Of a stretch of DNA of 45,933 nt, positions 1 through 10,988 are shown piece after piece (position 1 is the first letter of the stretch; the number at the start of each line of letters is the position of its first letter). The notes beneath the pieces were generated by a model, which saw only the letters and a program-made list of their open reading frames with translations, was not told the DNA's origin and ran no database searches. Source of the DNA: Octopus bimaculoides (taxonomy: Eukaryota). The stretch is taken from positions 30,140,116 through 30,186,048 of the forward strand of contig NC_068987.1 in NCBI RefSeq assembly GCF_001194135.2, given 5' to 3'. The position numbers were made by a program, and so were the translations under genes.

Positions 1-161
1 TGTTACATGGTTAAAGTATATATTTAAATTATGTCAGAAAAATGTTAGAAAAATGTTATGAAATCTTTTTGGTATATAAACATTGTATTTTGAGAAATAA
101 CCGATTTCGTGTTGTCTTTTCAAATTTCTCTACTTCATTGTAACATGTTCGCTCCAGTCTG

Positions 162-220
162 ACACACATACACACACAGACACACAGACACACAGACACA
201 CACACACACACACACACACA
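162..220. repeat. (CA)n/(CAGA)n microsatellite
   Basis: Direct reading of the sequence. Confidence 0.95.
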
Positions 221-223
221 GGT

Positions 224-400
224 GGAGGCATATTGCCTAGTGGTTGGGGTGCTACTCTCATGATCACTACTTTGCAGTTTTGATTCCCAGACTGGCAATG
301 CATTGTGTTCTTGATCAAAACACTTCATTTTATGTTGCTCCAGTCCACTCAGCTGTAAGTGGGTAACCCTGCAAGAGACTAGCATTCTCTTCAGAGCGAA
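224..400 (+). mobile_element. Degenerate tRNA-headed SINE with CORE-like body
   Basis: A-box-like TGCCTAGTGG, B-box-like GTTTTGATTCCC, then gtgttcttgatcaaaacacttcattttatgttgctccagtccactcagctg, which is shared with the element starting at 4715. Confidence 0.65.
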
Positions 401-523
401 TGTTGGCCAGCCCACCCAGTCAGTGGGGGTGACATCACTGAAAAATCTACAGCAATGTGAGGAAGTGCATTGTGACCAGCAGTGTATAACAACACCTAAT
501 AATTTGGTCAATACAGTAATGCA

Positions 524-596
524 TAGATAGAGAAATAGGTAGATAGATAGGCAGACATATAGATAAATAGATAGACAGATAGATAGATAGATAGAC

Positions 597-643
<47 letters not shown>

Positions 644-755
644 TAGGGTGATTGATTAATTGATTGATATATATATAAGTAGGTAGGTAGGTAGGTAAGT
701 AGGTAGGTAAGTAGATACATAGACAGACAGACAGACAGATAAATAGGTAGATAGA

Positions 756-789
<34 letters not shown>

Positions 790-820
790 TACAGACAGAC
801 AGATAGATAAATTGATAGAT
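524..820. repeat. Compound (AGAT)/(AGAC)/(AGGT) tetranucleotide microsatellite
   Basis: Direct reading; it generates the spurious YLSI ORFs. Confidence 0.95.
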
Positions 821-958
821 GACTACCAGTAGTCATTGCTGCAATTTTTACTAACTACTGCTTCAACTGCAACAGCTGCCTCAGATGTGTTATTGTTACT
901 ACTACTATTGTTCTGATTGACAAAGCCTCTGCTTCTTCTGTTGATTCTCCTCCTCCAC

Positions 959-991
<33 letters not shown>

Positions 992-1256
992 TGGCAACAG
1001 CTGCAACTGTTGATACTTCTGCTATGACACTGAATGCAGCAGCCTCTTACTATACCACTATAACTACTATGACAGCTACTGCACATATAATTGCTGCAAC
1101 TACTGCTACTGCAATATTGGATACAACAGATTTTGTTGCTGCTGATACTACTACTACAACTAATACCACTACTACTGCTGCTGTTGCTGTTGCTGCTACT
1201 ATTACTAGTACGTAAATTTCAAATTAAGTTTACCACCACCACCACCACTACTACTG

Positions 1257-1287
<31 letters not shown>

Positions 1288-1678
1288 AGCAGCTGCTGCC
1301 GACAACTGTTGCTGCTGTTGCTCCTGTATTAGCTGTAGCAGACTGTACTCCTGCTACTGCTGCGACTTCTACTGCTGCGACTACTACTGCTACAATATCG
1401 GCCGCTGCTGCTGCTGCTACTGTTACATTCACTACTACGACGACGATAGCAGCTGCCTCGGACAACCGTTGCTACAAGTGCTACTACTGCAGCTACTGCT
1501 ACCACTACGATATTGGCTGCAGCTGACTCCTATTGCTATTGCTTATACACCTACTACTGCTGCTGCTACTGCAGCTTCTGCTGCCGCTACTGCTGCCGTT
1601 ACTATTACAGCTACTGCTACCACTACTGCTGCTGCTGTTACTACTACTATTACTATTACTACTACTACTACTACTACT
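821..1678. repeat. Long decayed trinucleotide tract (CTA/CTG/CCA/TTA)
   Basis: Runs of ctactacta and ctgctgctg; the homopolymer ORFs here are artefacts. Confidence 0.9.
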
Positions 1679-2165
1679 GGAGGCGCAATGGCCCAGTGGT
1701 TAGGGTAGCGGACTCGCGGTCATAGGATCGCGGTTTCGATTCCCAGACCGGGCGTTGTGAGTGTTTATTGAGCGAAAACACCTAAAGCTCCACGAGGCTC
1801 CGGCAGGGGATGATGGCGAACCCTGCTGTACTCTTTCACCACAACTTTCTCTCACTCTAACTTCCTGTTTCTGTTGTGCCTGTAATTCAAAGGGTCTGCC
1901 TTGTCACACTGTTTCACGCTGAATATCCCCGAGAACTACGTTAAGAGCACACGTGTCTGTGGAGTGCTCAGCCACNNNNNNNNNNNNNNNNNNNNNNNNN
2001 NNNNNNNNNNNNNNNNNNNNNNNNNNNNNNNNNNNNNNNNNNNNNNNNNNNNNNNNNNNNNNNNNNNNNNNNNNNNNNNNNNNNNNNNNNNNNNNNNNNN
2101 NNNNNNNNNNNNNNNNNNNNNNNNNNNNNNNNNNNNNNNNNNNNNNTCGTAAGCGACAGAGTGCC
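1679..2165 (+). mobile_element. tRNA-derived SINE, family A (interrupted by N-gap 1976-2146), with (CAA)n(CTA)n tail to ~2225
   Basis: Head ggaggcgcaatggcccagtggttagg with B-box ggtttcgattcc. Body matches the reverse complement of 4308-4674 and 45656-45933. The 3' end tcgtaagcgacagagtgcc resumes after the gap. Confidence 0.9.
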
Positions 2166-2181
2166 AACAACAACAACAACA

Positions 2182-2232
<51 letters not shown>

Positions 2233-2984
2233 GTCAACTTTGCCTTCTATGCTTTCTGGATCAATAAAATAATGTACCAATAACGTACAGAGAATTAGTA
2301 CAATAGAGAATGCCTTTCCCGTTTTTGACAAAAAACAAAAAAGGCACGAAAAGAGAAATGGGCTTCCCAAAAGAAACCCCTCCTCCAAGCGAAAGCAAGT
2401 AAAATGTGGAAAGTGGGGACCGTACTCAAAACGTGTTTCATGGTTGCACTGTGCGAAACGCTAATCCTTTCCCTGGGGAACTAATTCAAAGAAGCTAAGG
2501 AAAACTATGAAGACGAATGGTTTTTGAATTCCCCTGGCCTTATTCCCGTCATTGGAGTGATGGGAATAAGGATAGAGTATCGCTGAAGACCTCAGTAGTT
2601 TACCATGATGATGTAAGACTAGCCTACCCAGCAAACATGGGGTGCCTCATATCACGATCTCACCCAACCTAAACATGTTTACGGGCCCCTTTGGGTGCAC
2701 CAAGTTTCAATACGCCGGTAGAGAAGGTACGCAAAATATGTGAAGTGGAACTTATTTCCCCACTCATCGATTTAAATTTCACAGTCTTTGTTATTTTTAA
2801 CGAATAGTTGAATCGAAGCTAATAAACGATTGGAAGGTAGATCAGTCATGGGGAAACTGTGGTCCGTGGGACTTTCTGAATGGCATGTCTAACGAAAACT
2901 TACCTTGATTTTGTTTTTAGTAGTGTAGTTCGCCTGTTAATGGGCTGTTTTCATGGGCCAGAAAGCGAAAATTTTCCCACGAGA

Positions 2985-3623
2985 GTTCCGGATCCCAGTT
3001 ATGAACTCATTTGCATACAGCCAATCAGAGCTCAACTATCAAACTAGTGTCCACCGAGTCACGAAAATACTCTGGTTAAGTTCAGTGGAAAGTATGCGTT
3101 ATAGCAAAATCCAACTGTTCTAAACGGGTTAATAGGGGTGACAAATGTGAAATTTAGTGTATAAAGTGAATGGAGAGCTGGTCACCGATGATGCCATAAG
3201 TGCTGCCAATTTGCGTAATTTACTAGAAAATGTGAATGAGTGTAGTCTCCAATTTTTTTTGACTGATTTTGTACATTCCTAATTTAAAATGTTGCTGTTG
3301 ATCTGGAAACATCGTAATCGATACGACGTTGTGTCGTATTGCACCTTCCTTGCACATATCAATAGATACATGCAGTATCACTAATCTCAATCTGAGCATA
3401 GGTACCTAATGTTAGCTCCATTTAGAGATAGTACTCGATGGATCTATGAGGATGGTGGAGCAGGAAATGTGGTGCTTATGTGAGACCTGCTATGCTGAAC
3501 GCAGAGTGGCATACACCATTCTATGCCTGACTGACTGTACTGTAGTAGTACACAGTATGTGGATTTTCAAGGTGAGCTCTGATTGGCTGTATGCAAATGA
3601 GTTCATTACTGGGGTCCGGGAAC
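2985..3623. mobile_element. Putative MITE bounded by ~50-bp inverted repeats containing ATTTGCAT and CCAAT
   Basis: 2985-3034 gttccggatcccagttatgaactcatttgcatacagccaatcagagctca is the near-perfect reverse complement of 3573-3623. No TSD identified. Confidence 0.6.
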
Positions 3624-4307
3624 AGGGGATGCAAGCACACCTCCGAAAATTTTTGCGGGTGCAAAATTAAAATTTGTACCCCTACTTACTTTTCTCAGGT
3701 TTAGAAAACAGTGCGTAAAATGTGATCTATAAAAAGTAGTTTGAAGTAAGTTTTCTTCTCAAAGAATAAAGAACAAAATAAAAAGAATAAAAGAAACAAG
3801 ATATAATTTGTAAAACTTCTGAACCTGAATTTGCACCCACGAAGCAAATTTCGTTCCCGAGTCAGTAGCTGTCTCATGCGGCTTACTTTTCGAAAAGTGT
3901 TGCCCATAACTGAGATACACGATTCGGGTCACAATGAAAAGTAGGAGACGAGCGCTTATTGTATGGAACATCCAAATGATAGACTGGCTGCGAAAAATAA
4001 GACAAGTTAGCAATCAACAACTAATATGCAACTTGATAGAGGGTAAAGAGAATGTCTTGCCCAGTACGACATTGAAGATATTAACGAGCACTTTCTAGTA
4101 TAATTATTTCTCAAAGTAGTAACCAATGCCACGGAGTGATCTGGCCCAATCTAGTTGATAGGTAATCACCCTATGGCTTTTAAAAGTTATAACTTTTTTA
4201 ACGTTCCTATTTATTGTATAACGCCTCTAACCTTGCCTTCGTTTCTATATAACTTTCAGACTATTTCCAACGTTTGTAATCCTTAAGTGTAATGTTGCTA
4301 TATTGTT

Positions 4308-4674
4308 GGCACTCCGTCGGTTACGACGACGCGGGTTCCAGTTGATCCGATCAACGGAACAGCCTGCTCGTGAAATTAATGTGCAAGTGGTTGAGCACTC
4401 CACAGACACGTGTACCCTTAACGTAGTTCTCGGGGAAGATTCAGCGTGACACAGAGTGTGACAAGGCTGGCCCTTTGAAATACAGGTACAAACAGAAACA
4501 GGAAGATAGAGTGAGAGAAAGTTGTGGTGAAAGAGTACAGCAGGGTTCGCCACAACCCCCTGCCGGAGCCACGCGGAGCTTTAGGTATTTTCGCTCAATA
4601 AACACTCACAACGCCCAGTCTTGGAATCGAAACCGCGAGTCCGCTGCCCTAACCACTGGGCCATTGCGCCTCCA
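4308..4674 (-). mobile_element. tRNA-derived SINE, family A, near full length
   Basis: Reverse complement of the 1679 copy; has a 14-bp deletion in the tRNA head. Confidence 0.9.
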
Positions 4675-4714
4675 CTGTTGTTATATATATAATAAATAAT
4701 CAACAGTATATTGT

Positions 4715-5710
4715 GAAGGCTCGTGGCTTAGTGTCTTTGACTCACGACCTTATGATCGTGAATCTGATTTCCGGCTCTTATCCTTGAGCAAGAAACTTTA
4801 TTTCACATTGCTTCTGTCAGCACAGCTGGTAAAAATGAATAGTACTTGTATTTCAAACGGCTTGCCTTGTCACATTTGGTGTGTCACGCCCAGTGGTAGC
4901 TCGTAGATAAAATTATTCAGAAAATTTTTAGCCGTTGTTTTAATATTGTGTAAAAGAAACAAACATATAAAAAGAAAATTTATACATAAACTTGATCAGT
5001 TCGCGTTTTAGCCACTGCCGGTAGTGTGTTTAATTTGTTCATTGAACATCGCCACAAATTCCCCCTTATTTTTCAAAAATCCTTCCTAAATCACAAAATA
5101 AGGGTGGAGGAAATGTGTCCTATTTTTCAGATCCTGGCAGCAATACTGTAGCTGGAAGCAGGATAATAATCTAATTCTACACTTTATCACATTCAAGAAT
5201 ATAAACACGTTTTTTAAGCACAACACACGCGGAGTTAAAAAGGAACACTACCTTTCACCAGCACACCAGGGTCGGCACTGTGTGAACCACGGTACTCTAT
5301 CTCCCTAGCATGCAGTTTCCTATCTCGGACATGTGAGCATGCACACAACAGCCAAACACCGCGTCGCTGGAACTGTGAAGTGCACAGTTCTATACAAGGA
5401 TCTTTTGTGTTTTTTCATAAACCTGGAGATGGCTACTGACATTAAGCTTAACGATTATATAAAGTACAAGTATCAAGAAATAATTAAAGAAAAAAGGACT
5501 CATTATATTGAATGTTATCGATAATATCGAGTGGAAGTAGGGGGTGCTGCAGTTTCGCAATGCCTATACACGAGCCGCTACTGGTCACACTGAATCTCCC
5601 TGAGAACTACGTTAAGGATACGCGGTCTGCAGAGTGCTCAGCCACTTGCACGAGTAGACTGTTCCATTGATCGAATTAACTGGAACATTTGTCGTAACCG
5701 ACGGAATGCT
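4715..5710 (+). mobile_element. Old SINE (CORE-like head, family-A-type 3' half) split by a hAT MITE; SINE parts 4715-4890 and 5584-5710
   Basis: The left part ends ...gccttgtcacatttggtgtgtcacgcc. The right part resumes gtcacactgaatctccctgagaactacgttaagg..., colinear with the family A 3' half. Confidence 0.75.
4891..5583. mobile_element. Non-autonomous hAT-type DNA transposon (MITE)
   Basis: Imperfect 14-bp TIRs CAGTGGTAGCTCGT / ACGAGCCGCTACTG. 8-bp TSD GTCACGCC (4883-4890) / GTCACACT (5584-5591), each one mismatch from the SINE sequence GTCACGCT. Confidence 0.85.
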
Positions 5711-6349
5711 CAGCCACTGTATACCCTCAACCATAAATTAGTAGCGTTGTGTCTATACTAGAATATAATAATTTCTTACATGGTAACAAGGCCAGAATTT
5801 TAGAGGAAAGTGTACAAAGGGGTGTAGGCGCAGTTGCCACCCCCCACTTGACAGCGAGTTAAACACGCTGGGCATTGTAGAGGGCGTTACACAACATCAA
5901 GATTCAGTCACTCATCTTTTCCTCTTTCTGCACTGGGACGCGAGCTGTGAAGACACAACCTGACTGGCGCTCTCTGATACCACATGCGAGCTTGCAGATA
6001 GGAGCATAGCACAGAAGACCATGGCCTTTACGCACCAACCATTCCATTTATCATTCCGTTGTGTATATACGTGTGGCCACAATAAATGTATTTAATGTTA
6101 CAACCTCGCTTATATATTCTTCATCCGGGTCTACTACCAAATGAGATTACAGCTTTCTGAGTGAGTCACATTTGGTGGATAAACAACAACCTACTCATCT
6201 ATAGGAGTAAAAACTCCAATTCTTGACTGGTACTTTATTTTATTGACACTCAAAAGGATGAAATTTCATTGATGAGACAACACAGTTTTTTCTCGTCGAC
6301 GTTCTGAATATCTCTGAGTATGTAGGCACTCATACTCCCCTACTAACAA

Positions 6350-6975
6350 CCTATAGACTACAAGGGTTTGTTTCGCTTAATTGTAGAGACTTATGAGCGT
6401 CTGACATTTCATACTCTAGATGCCCAATCTCGGACTTCGCTTAGTCCTGAACTGGAATTCTACCAATGAGATGAACTGTGAAGGAACGTCTGCAAATTCC
6501 ACAACCTCAGCGAAATTTCAGTCACACCATGCAGAGCGAAAGAGCACAGCCTCACAGTTGGAACACGGTACGATAGTTAGGTTATAAATTATTAGGGGAG
6601 GAGGTGGTGTACGTATTTGCTACTTCTGCCCGAAGTTTCCGAGAAAGCTTTCTCTCAGTCATTTTAAGGTGAGACCAGTTAACCTCTCCTTGACTTCATC
6701 CTAGTTCTTAACCACCTGGGTATCATTCCCCAAAAGACCCCAAGCGTATCGTGGGTCAATAACATATACTGACTCGCTTCAGCAGGCGCTGAGTCGCGAA
6801 CTCACCGACTTGTTTTGGCATGTTGAGGTATATTCCTATCACTACCTCCTTCAGTATGGTGTCACCTATCTGAATTTCCGTGGTTTTCGACATCATTACG
6901 TTGACATCGTCTGCGTGTATCAACCCGGTTTTCTAACTCGCCCCAGTTCGAGCAGGATGCACTTCAACATCTTCA
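6350..6975 (-). pseudogene. Decayed L1/Tx1-like LINE reverse transcriptase fragment
   Basis: Manual minus-strand translation: ...LELG..IHADDVNVMM (YADD-like motif, 6903-6917), GIYLN.K, LGVF..QVVKN*DEV, TERKLSRKLRAEVANTY, LTIVPC. It contains stops and frameshifts. Confidence 0.7.
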
Positions 6976-7104
6976 ATTATTATTGCTGTATTAATAGGCT
7001 ATTATGATCTTCAAACAATCAGACAACTTTACAAGACAAGTATGGGGGTTTTTCTCTCATTTTTGTTTTAACTGTATGGAATTTTAATTTTCATTTATAA
7101 CATA

Positions 7105-7702
7105 TTAGCAGCTAAGCTCGTTTCACCCGGTCAGAGAACGACGCGAAGAGAGAAACGAAGACATAAAAAAGAGGAAGAATTAGATACGAAGTGGTGTTTG
7201 GGCGACGGATCTTGGTAGAAAAAGAAAAGAATGTCATGGTGAGTTAGTAAGGAGTGCAAAGCAAGACTGGACTTACGCGGGCTGGCAGGACGATGAAAGA
7301 ATTGCGGAGTTGAAATTGGAGCAGTTGAAGTTGTCGTTGTTATCATTGGAGTGCCTCTTGGTAGACAACATTCTTCGTCCTTCCCCCGGGTGCACAAATA
7401 GAAAGACTATGAGGGCAGCCAACGTACAGTTGTGCGTGTGAGAATACTTGCTCTGTCAGATTCAAACCAACTGCTTGCACTGATTGTCCTTGCGCCTTGT
7501 TGATTGTCATGGGAAAGCAGAGTTTGGTGGGAAATTGCATCTGTTTAAACTTGCAGGTCGTATCGGAGTGGGTAAGGGACATGGGAGTTATAAGTATGTC
7601 TTAGCCAGCGGCCGGTTCATTCAAGATTGTTGCCTATAGAACTCGGGAGCACAATTTTTTGATAATCATCCGCGTACCATTGCACATTATTGGAGCATCT
7701 AA
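7105..7702 (-). mobile_element. Helitron 3' portion, copy 1 (runs into N-gap 7703-8670)
   Basis: Helicase remnant plus a degenerate 3' terminus (hairpin, then CTAA instead of CTAG, then T). Closely similar to 12715-13068. Confidence 0.85.
7343..7702 (-). pseudogene. Helitron PIF1-like helicase C-terminal fragment with in-frame stops
   Basis: LDAPIMCNGTRMIIKKLCSRVL*ATILNEPAAG*DILITPMSLTHSDTTCKFKQMQFPTKLCFPMTINKAQGQSVQAVGLNLTEQVFSHAQLYVG...GRTKNVVYQEALQ. This matches the RepHel motifs CNGTR, QFP...MTINKAQGQS, FSHGQLYV and TKNVVY. Confidence 0.9.
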
Positions 7703-8692
7703 NNNNNNNNNNNNNNNNNNNNNNNNNNNNNNNNNNNNNNNNNNNNNNNNNNNNNNNNNNNNNNNNNNNNNNNNNNNNNNNNNNNNNNNNNNNNNNNNNN
7801 NNNNNNNNNNNNNNNNNNNNNNNNNNNNNNNNNNNNNNNNNNNNNNNNNNNNNNNNNNNNNNNNNNNNNNNNNNNNNNNNNNNNNNNNNNNNNNNNNNNN
7901 NNNNNNNNNNNNNNNNNNNNNNNNNNNNNNNNNNNNNNNNNNNNNNNNNNNNNNNNNNNNNNNNNNNNNNNNNNNNNNNNNNNNNNNNNNNNNNNNNNNN
8001 NNNNNNNNNNNNNNNNNNNNNNNNNNNNNNNNNNNNNNNNNNNNNNNNNNNNNNNNNNNNNNNNNNNNNNNNNNNNNNNNNNNNNNNNNNNNNNNNNNNN
8101 NNNNNNNNNNNNNNNNNNNNNNNNNNNNNNNNNNNNNNNNNNNNNNNNNNNNNNNNNNNNNNNNNNNNNNNNNNNNNNNNNNNNNNNNNNNNNNNNNNNN
8201 NNNNNNNNNNNNNNNNNNNNNNNNNNNNNNNNNNNNNNNNNNNNNNNNNNNNNNNNNNNNNNNNNNNNNNNNNNNNNNNNNNNNNNNNNNNNNNNNNNNN
8301 NNNNNNNNNNNNNNNNNNNNNNNNNNNNNNNNNNNNNNNNNNNNNNNNNNNNNNNNNNNNNNNNNNNNNNNNNNNNNNNNNNNNNNNNNNNNNNNNNNNN
8401 NNNNNNNNNNNNNNNNNNNNNNNNNNNNNNNNNNNNNNNNNNNNNNNNNNNNNNNNNNNNNNNNNNNNNNNNNNNNNNNNNNNNNNNNNNNNNNNNNNNN
8501 NNNNNNNNNNNNNNNNNNNNNNNNNNNNNNNNNNNNNNNNNNNNNNNNNNNNNNNNNNNNNNNNNNNNNNNNNNNNNNNNNNNNNNNNNNNNNNNNNNNN
8601 NNNNNNNNNNNNNNNNNNNNNNNNNNNNNNNNNNNNNNNNNNNNNNNNNNNNNNNNNNNNNNNNNNNNNNTATTGAAACCATTTGTGAGGAA

Positions 8693-9720
8693 TTTTTTTT
8701 TTCATCACATCAACTGGTCACACACCACAAGGTTTAACGGAATCTACTGAAGGAAGCCAGCACGCTCGCAATATTACCACAGGCGATGGCGAGACTAAAG
8801 CATTGGGAAAGCCAAATGCCTCCACGGGCATCACCTGATATCTCGGTGAGGCGAGCTGCCAACGTTAATAAGAAATTCGCGGTTAGTGGCCCAGTCCCTC
8901 CGAACGTCTCAAACGCCACAGGTTGGACGAGATAGTTCACTGTCAGGTCTCGATACTTCAGGGTTTTCTTCCGTTCGTCTACGGAAGCAGTGACCTTCCC
9001 ATTAACTGCAGCATCCAGGATGTGGGAGGGAGCAAAGGAGTCGCAGACTGTGGCGTCCCAAATGAAGCACCTACCTCTAACTCAGAGACAGAGGGTAAGA
9101 CCATCTGTTTTTTTTTTCCATGACTTCTGGATAACTCCGACGGCTTCAAAACTCTGTTTCCATTTATCCTCCACTGTAACCGGAACTGACAAACCCAACT
9201 CTCTCCACCGTAATAGAGCTTCATCCATTTCCTTGTTGGAATTAGTCCGTGTTGGAGAGGAGAGGATGGAGCAAGTGGAAAGAAAACAGGTAAGTAATAA
9301 AGACGAGCACTTGTGCAGACCTAGACCCCAAAACCGTTTGGGCGAAGCAGCTTTGTCGCGGGAGTCTGGGGGAAAGTTTGGCATTGATCAAGCATTCGAG
9401 TTTCCAGAAGATTAAGTCGTCAAAGTATTGGAGGGACGACAGAAGTCTGTAAGAGGGCCTAACTCTCAGAAAATACAATAGCTTAGGAATTGACAAGTAA
9501 TTTTTAAGTAAAAAAAAAAAAAAACCTTAGTGGGGTTCAATTACTTCAAAGTTATTTTAAAAGTTGTTCGAGGTTAGTCATTTTGGATCTAAAGACGTAC
9601 TCGAAAGCTAGGTCAGTAACTGGGGCTCCAAGGGAGCACCACGCTGATGAAGGAGGAATTGCGATTGAGGGGAAGGAGTCAACAAATAGTTTAGTAGTCT
9701 GTTCATGTGAAGCTGGGTGA
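8693..9720 (-). mobile_element. CRE-clade-like (R2 group) non-LTR retrotransposon 3' fragment: RT thumb region + restriction-like endonuclease, pseudogenised, short A tail
   Basis: LGAPV..., IEPH..FFLLKNYLSIPKLLYFLR, AASPKRFWGLGL, then DGLTL..RGRCFIWDATVCDSFAPSH...KYRDL..YLVQPVAFETFG...SGDARGGIWLSQCFSLAIACGNIASVL* (stop at 8734). T10 at 8693-8702 is an A10 tail on the minus strand. Confidence 0.8.
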
Positions 9721-10341
9721 GGTAATTAATTGTACGTAACATTTTTTTTATTCTTAAATGTCAGCTGTAATAAATTGGTTTCTTATCAGAACCAAAACGC
9801 TGCTCTTGGTAGGTGGTAGTAGGGAACCTCAAGGTTTTAGGAGACGAATATAATTTAGAATGGTACAGTTGCTGTTGTTGCTATTATTGTTGTGCTTTGT
9901 CACTGATCAAGCAATCTATTATCCAATTGGACCCAGCAGCGACCATCTTGTCATCATTTCTTTTTTAAATCAAAGACGTCATTCTCCTATAAGTTCTTTA
10001 TCTATGACGGTAGAGTGTAAAATTCGAGTGGTATTTGGTTGTTATTTCTAACATTAAGAGATCTCGAAGAGACTGCCTTCTTGACTCTAGTAAAGGTGGT
10101 CAAAATCCAAATACGTGATTTTCAAATTTGGATTTTCTTTCATTTACATATTTCTCTTCGCCATTCAACCTGATGTCAGAATATCTCAATTGTAGCAATG
10201 CCCTCGGTTTCTAAAGTAGCGAGGATGGAAAGCAAAGAAAATAGTTGAAAGGACATTCAACTAGCACTCGTTTGTCCTTTGACCAGGTACAAATTATTTA
10301 TGTACCGCAAGAGCTTATACATCTTAATATATAATAAAAGT

Positions 10342-10560
10342 AAGGCGGTAAGCTGGCAGAATGGTTAATACGCCGGGCAAAATGCCTAGTGGCATTTCGT
10401 CCGCCTTTAGGTTATAAGTTCAAATGCCGCCGAAGTCGTCTTTGCCCTGCATCCTTTCAGGGTAGATAAAATAAGTACTAGTTGAGCCCAGAGGGTTGAT
10501 CTAATCGACTGATCCCCTTCCCTGAAATTGCTGGCTTTGTGTCAAAATCTGAAACCAATA
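10342..10560 (+). mobile_element. tRNA-derived SINE, family C (Meta-domain-like centre), diverged
   Basis: aaggcggtaagctggcagaatggtt...gttcaaatgccgccgaagtcgtctttgccctgcatcctttcagggtagataaaataagtac...; homologous to the copies at 34.8-42.2 kb. Confidence 0.85.
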
Positions 10561-10830
10561 TACAAAAAAAAGTAAATGTATGCAGTATTGCATCCTAGGT
10601 AACTGAAATTTAGCGTGGAGGTACATCTCTTTGATGAGAAGGTCTTAGACTATGCAAGTTTCCAGTTGTACGATTTACTGCGTATTTTTATGACGTTTCA
10701 CTTGAATTATCGCCTGGACTGTTTGAATGATACAATATTCCCAGATCCAATGAAGATTACCGACTTCTTTTGAAACAATCTCTCTAGACTTCAGTGAAAT
10801 CTTTTGATTGTATTATTTTAGGTATTGGTA

Positions 10831-10988
10831 AACCGAGACATGGTTGGGCGCTATTGCTAGTCATTGATAAACCCGAGCAAGGCTAGGCACTTTTGCTATT
10901 CCTTGATAAGTTCGGGCAAGCCTGAGCACAGCTACTGGTTCTTCATGAACCTGGATTAAGGTTGGGCACTACCGCTGGTCCTTGTTAA
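10831..10988 (+). repeat. 4 x 39-bp degenerate tandem array resembling Helitron 3' termini
   Basis: Units start at about 10831, 10870, 10909 and 10948. Consensus is roughly aacccgggcaagg(c/t)tgggcac...gctagtccttgata, i.e. a GC hairpin followed by a CTAG-like motif. Confidence 0.6.

Noticed and set aside
56-1725. Multiple 60-205 aa ORFs (CVCV, YLSI, poly-T/A/S/Y)
   Set aside because: They are translations of microsatellites with no domain content.
1679-1750. SINE heads as genuine tRNA genes (also at 15585, 32730-32798 and 38590-38665)
   Set aside because: A/B boxes are present but they run into SINE bodies with no acceptor stem or poly-T terminator.
2400-3290. Possible LINE endonuclease/linker remnants (ALCET, LDFVFSS, KVNGELVTDD)
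   Set aside because: Short motifs in different frames that could match by chance; they also overlap the inverted-repeat unit.
5811-6102. Possible solo LTR (TGT...AATAAA...TTACA)
   Set aside because: None of the candidate TGT starts gives a 4-6 bp TSD matching the right flank.
7617-8750. Long ORFs spanning N-gaps (also at 12.7-14.1, 42.4-43.3 and 44.2-45.4 kb)
   Set aside because: Their length comes from X residues; they are not evidence of coding sequence.
8688-9491. AGGAATT direct repeat (8688-8694 and 9485-9491) as a TSD of the CRE-like element
   Set aside because: Protein similarity (IEPH..FFLLKNYLS, LGAPV) continues beyond 9491, so the second copy is internal coding sequence.
10610-10770. 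~50-codon open frame FSVEVHLFDEKVLDY...
   Set aside because: No recognisable family and no clear splice boundaries; expected by chance.
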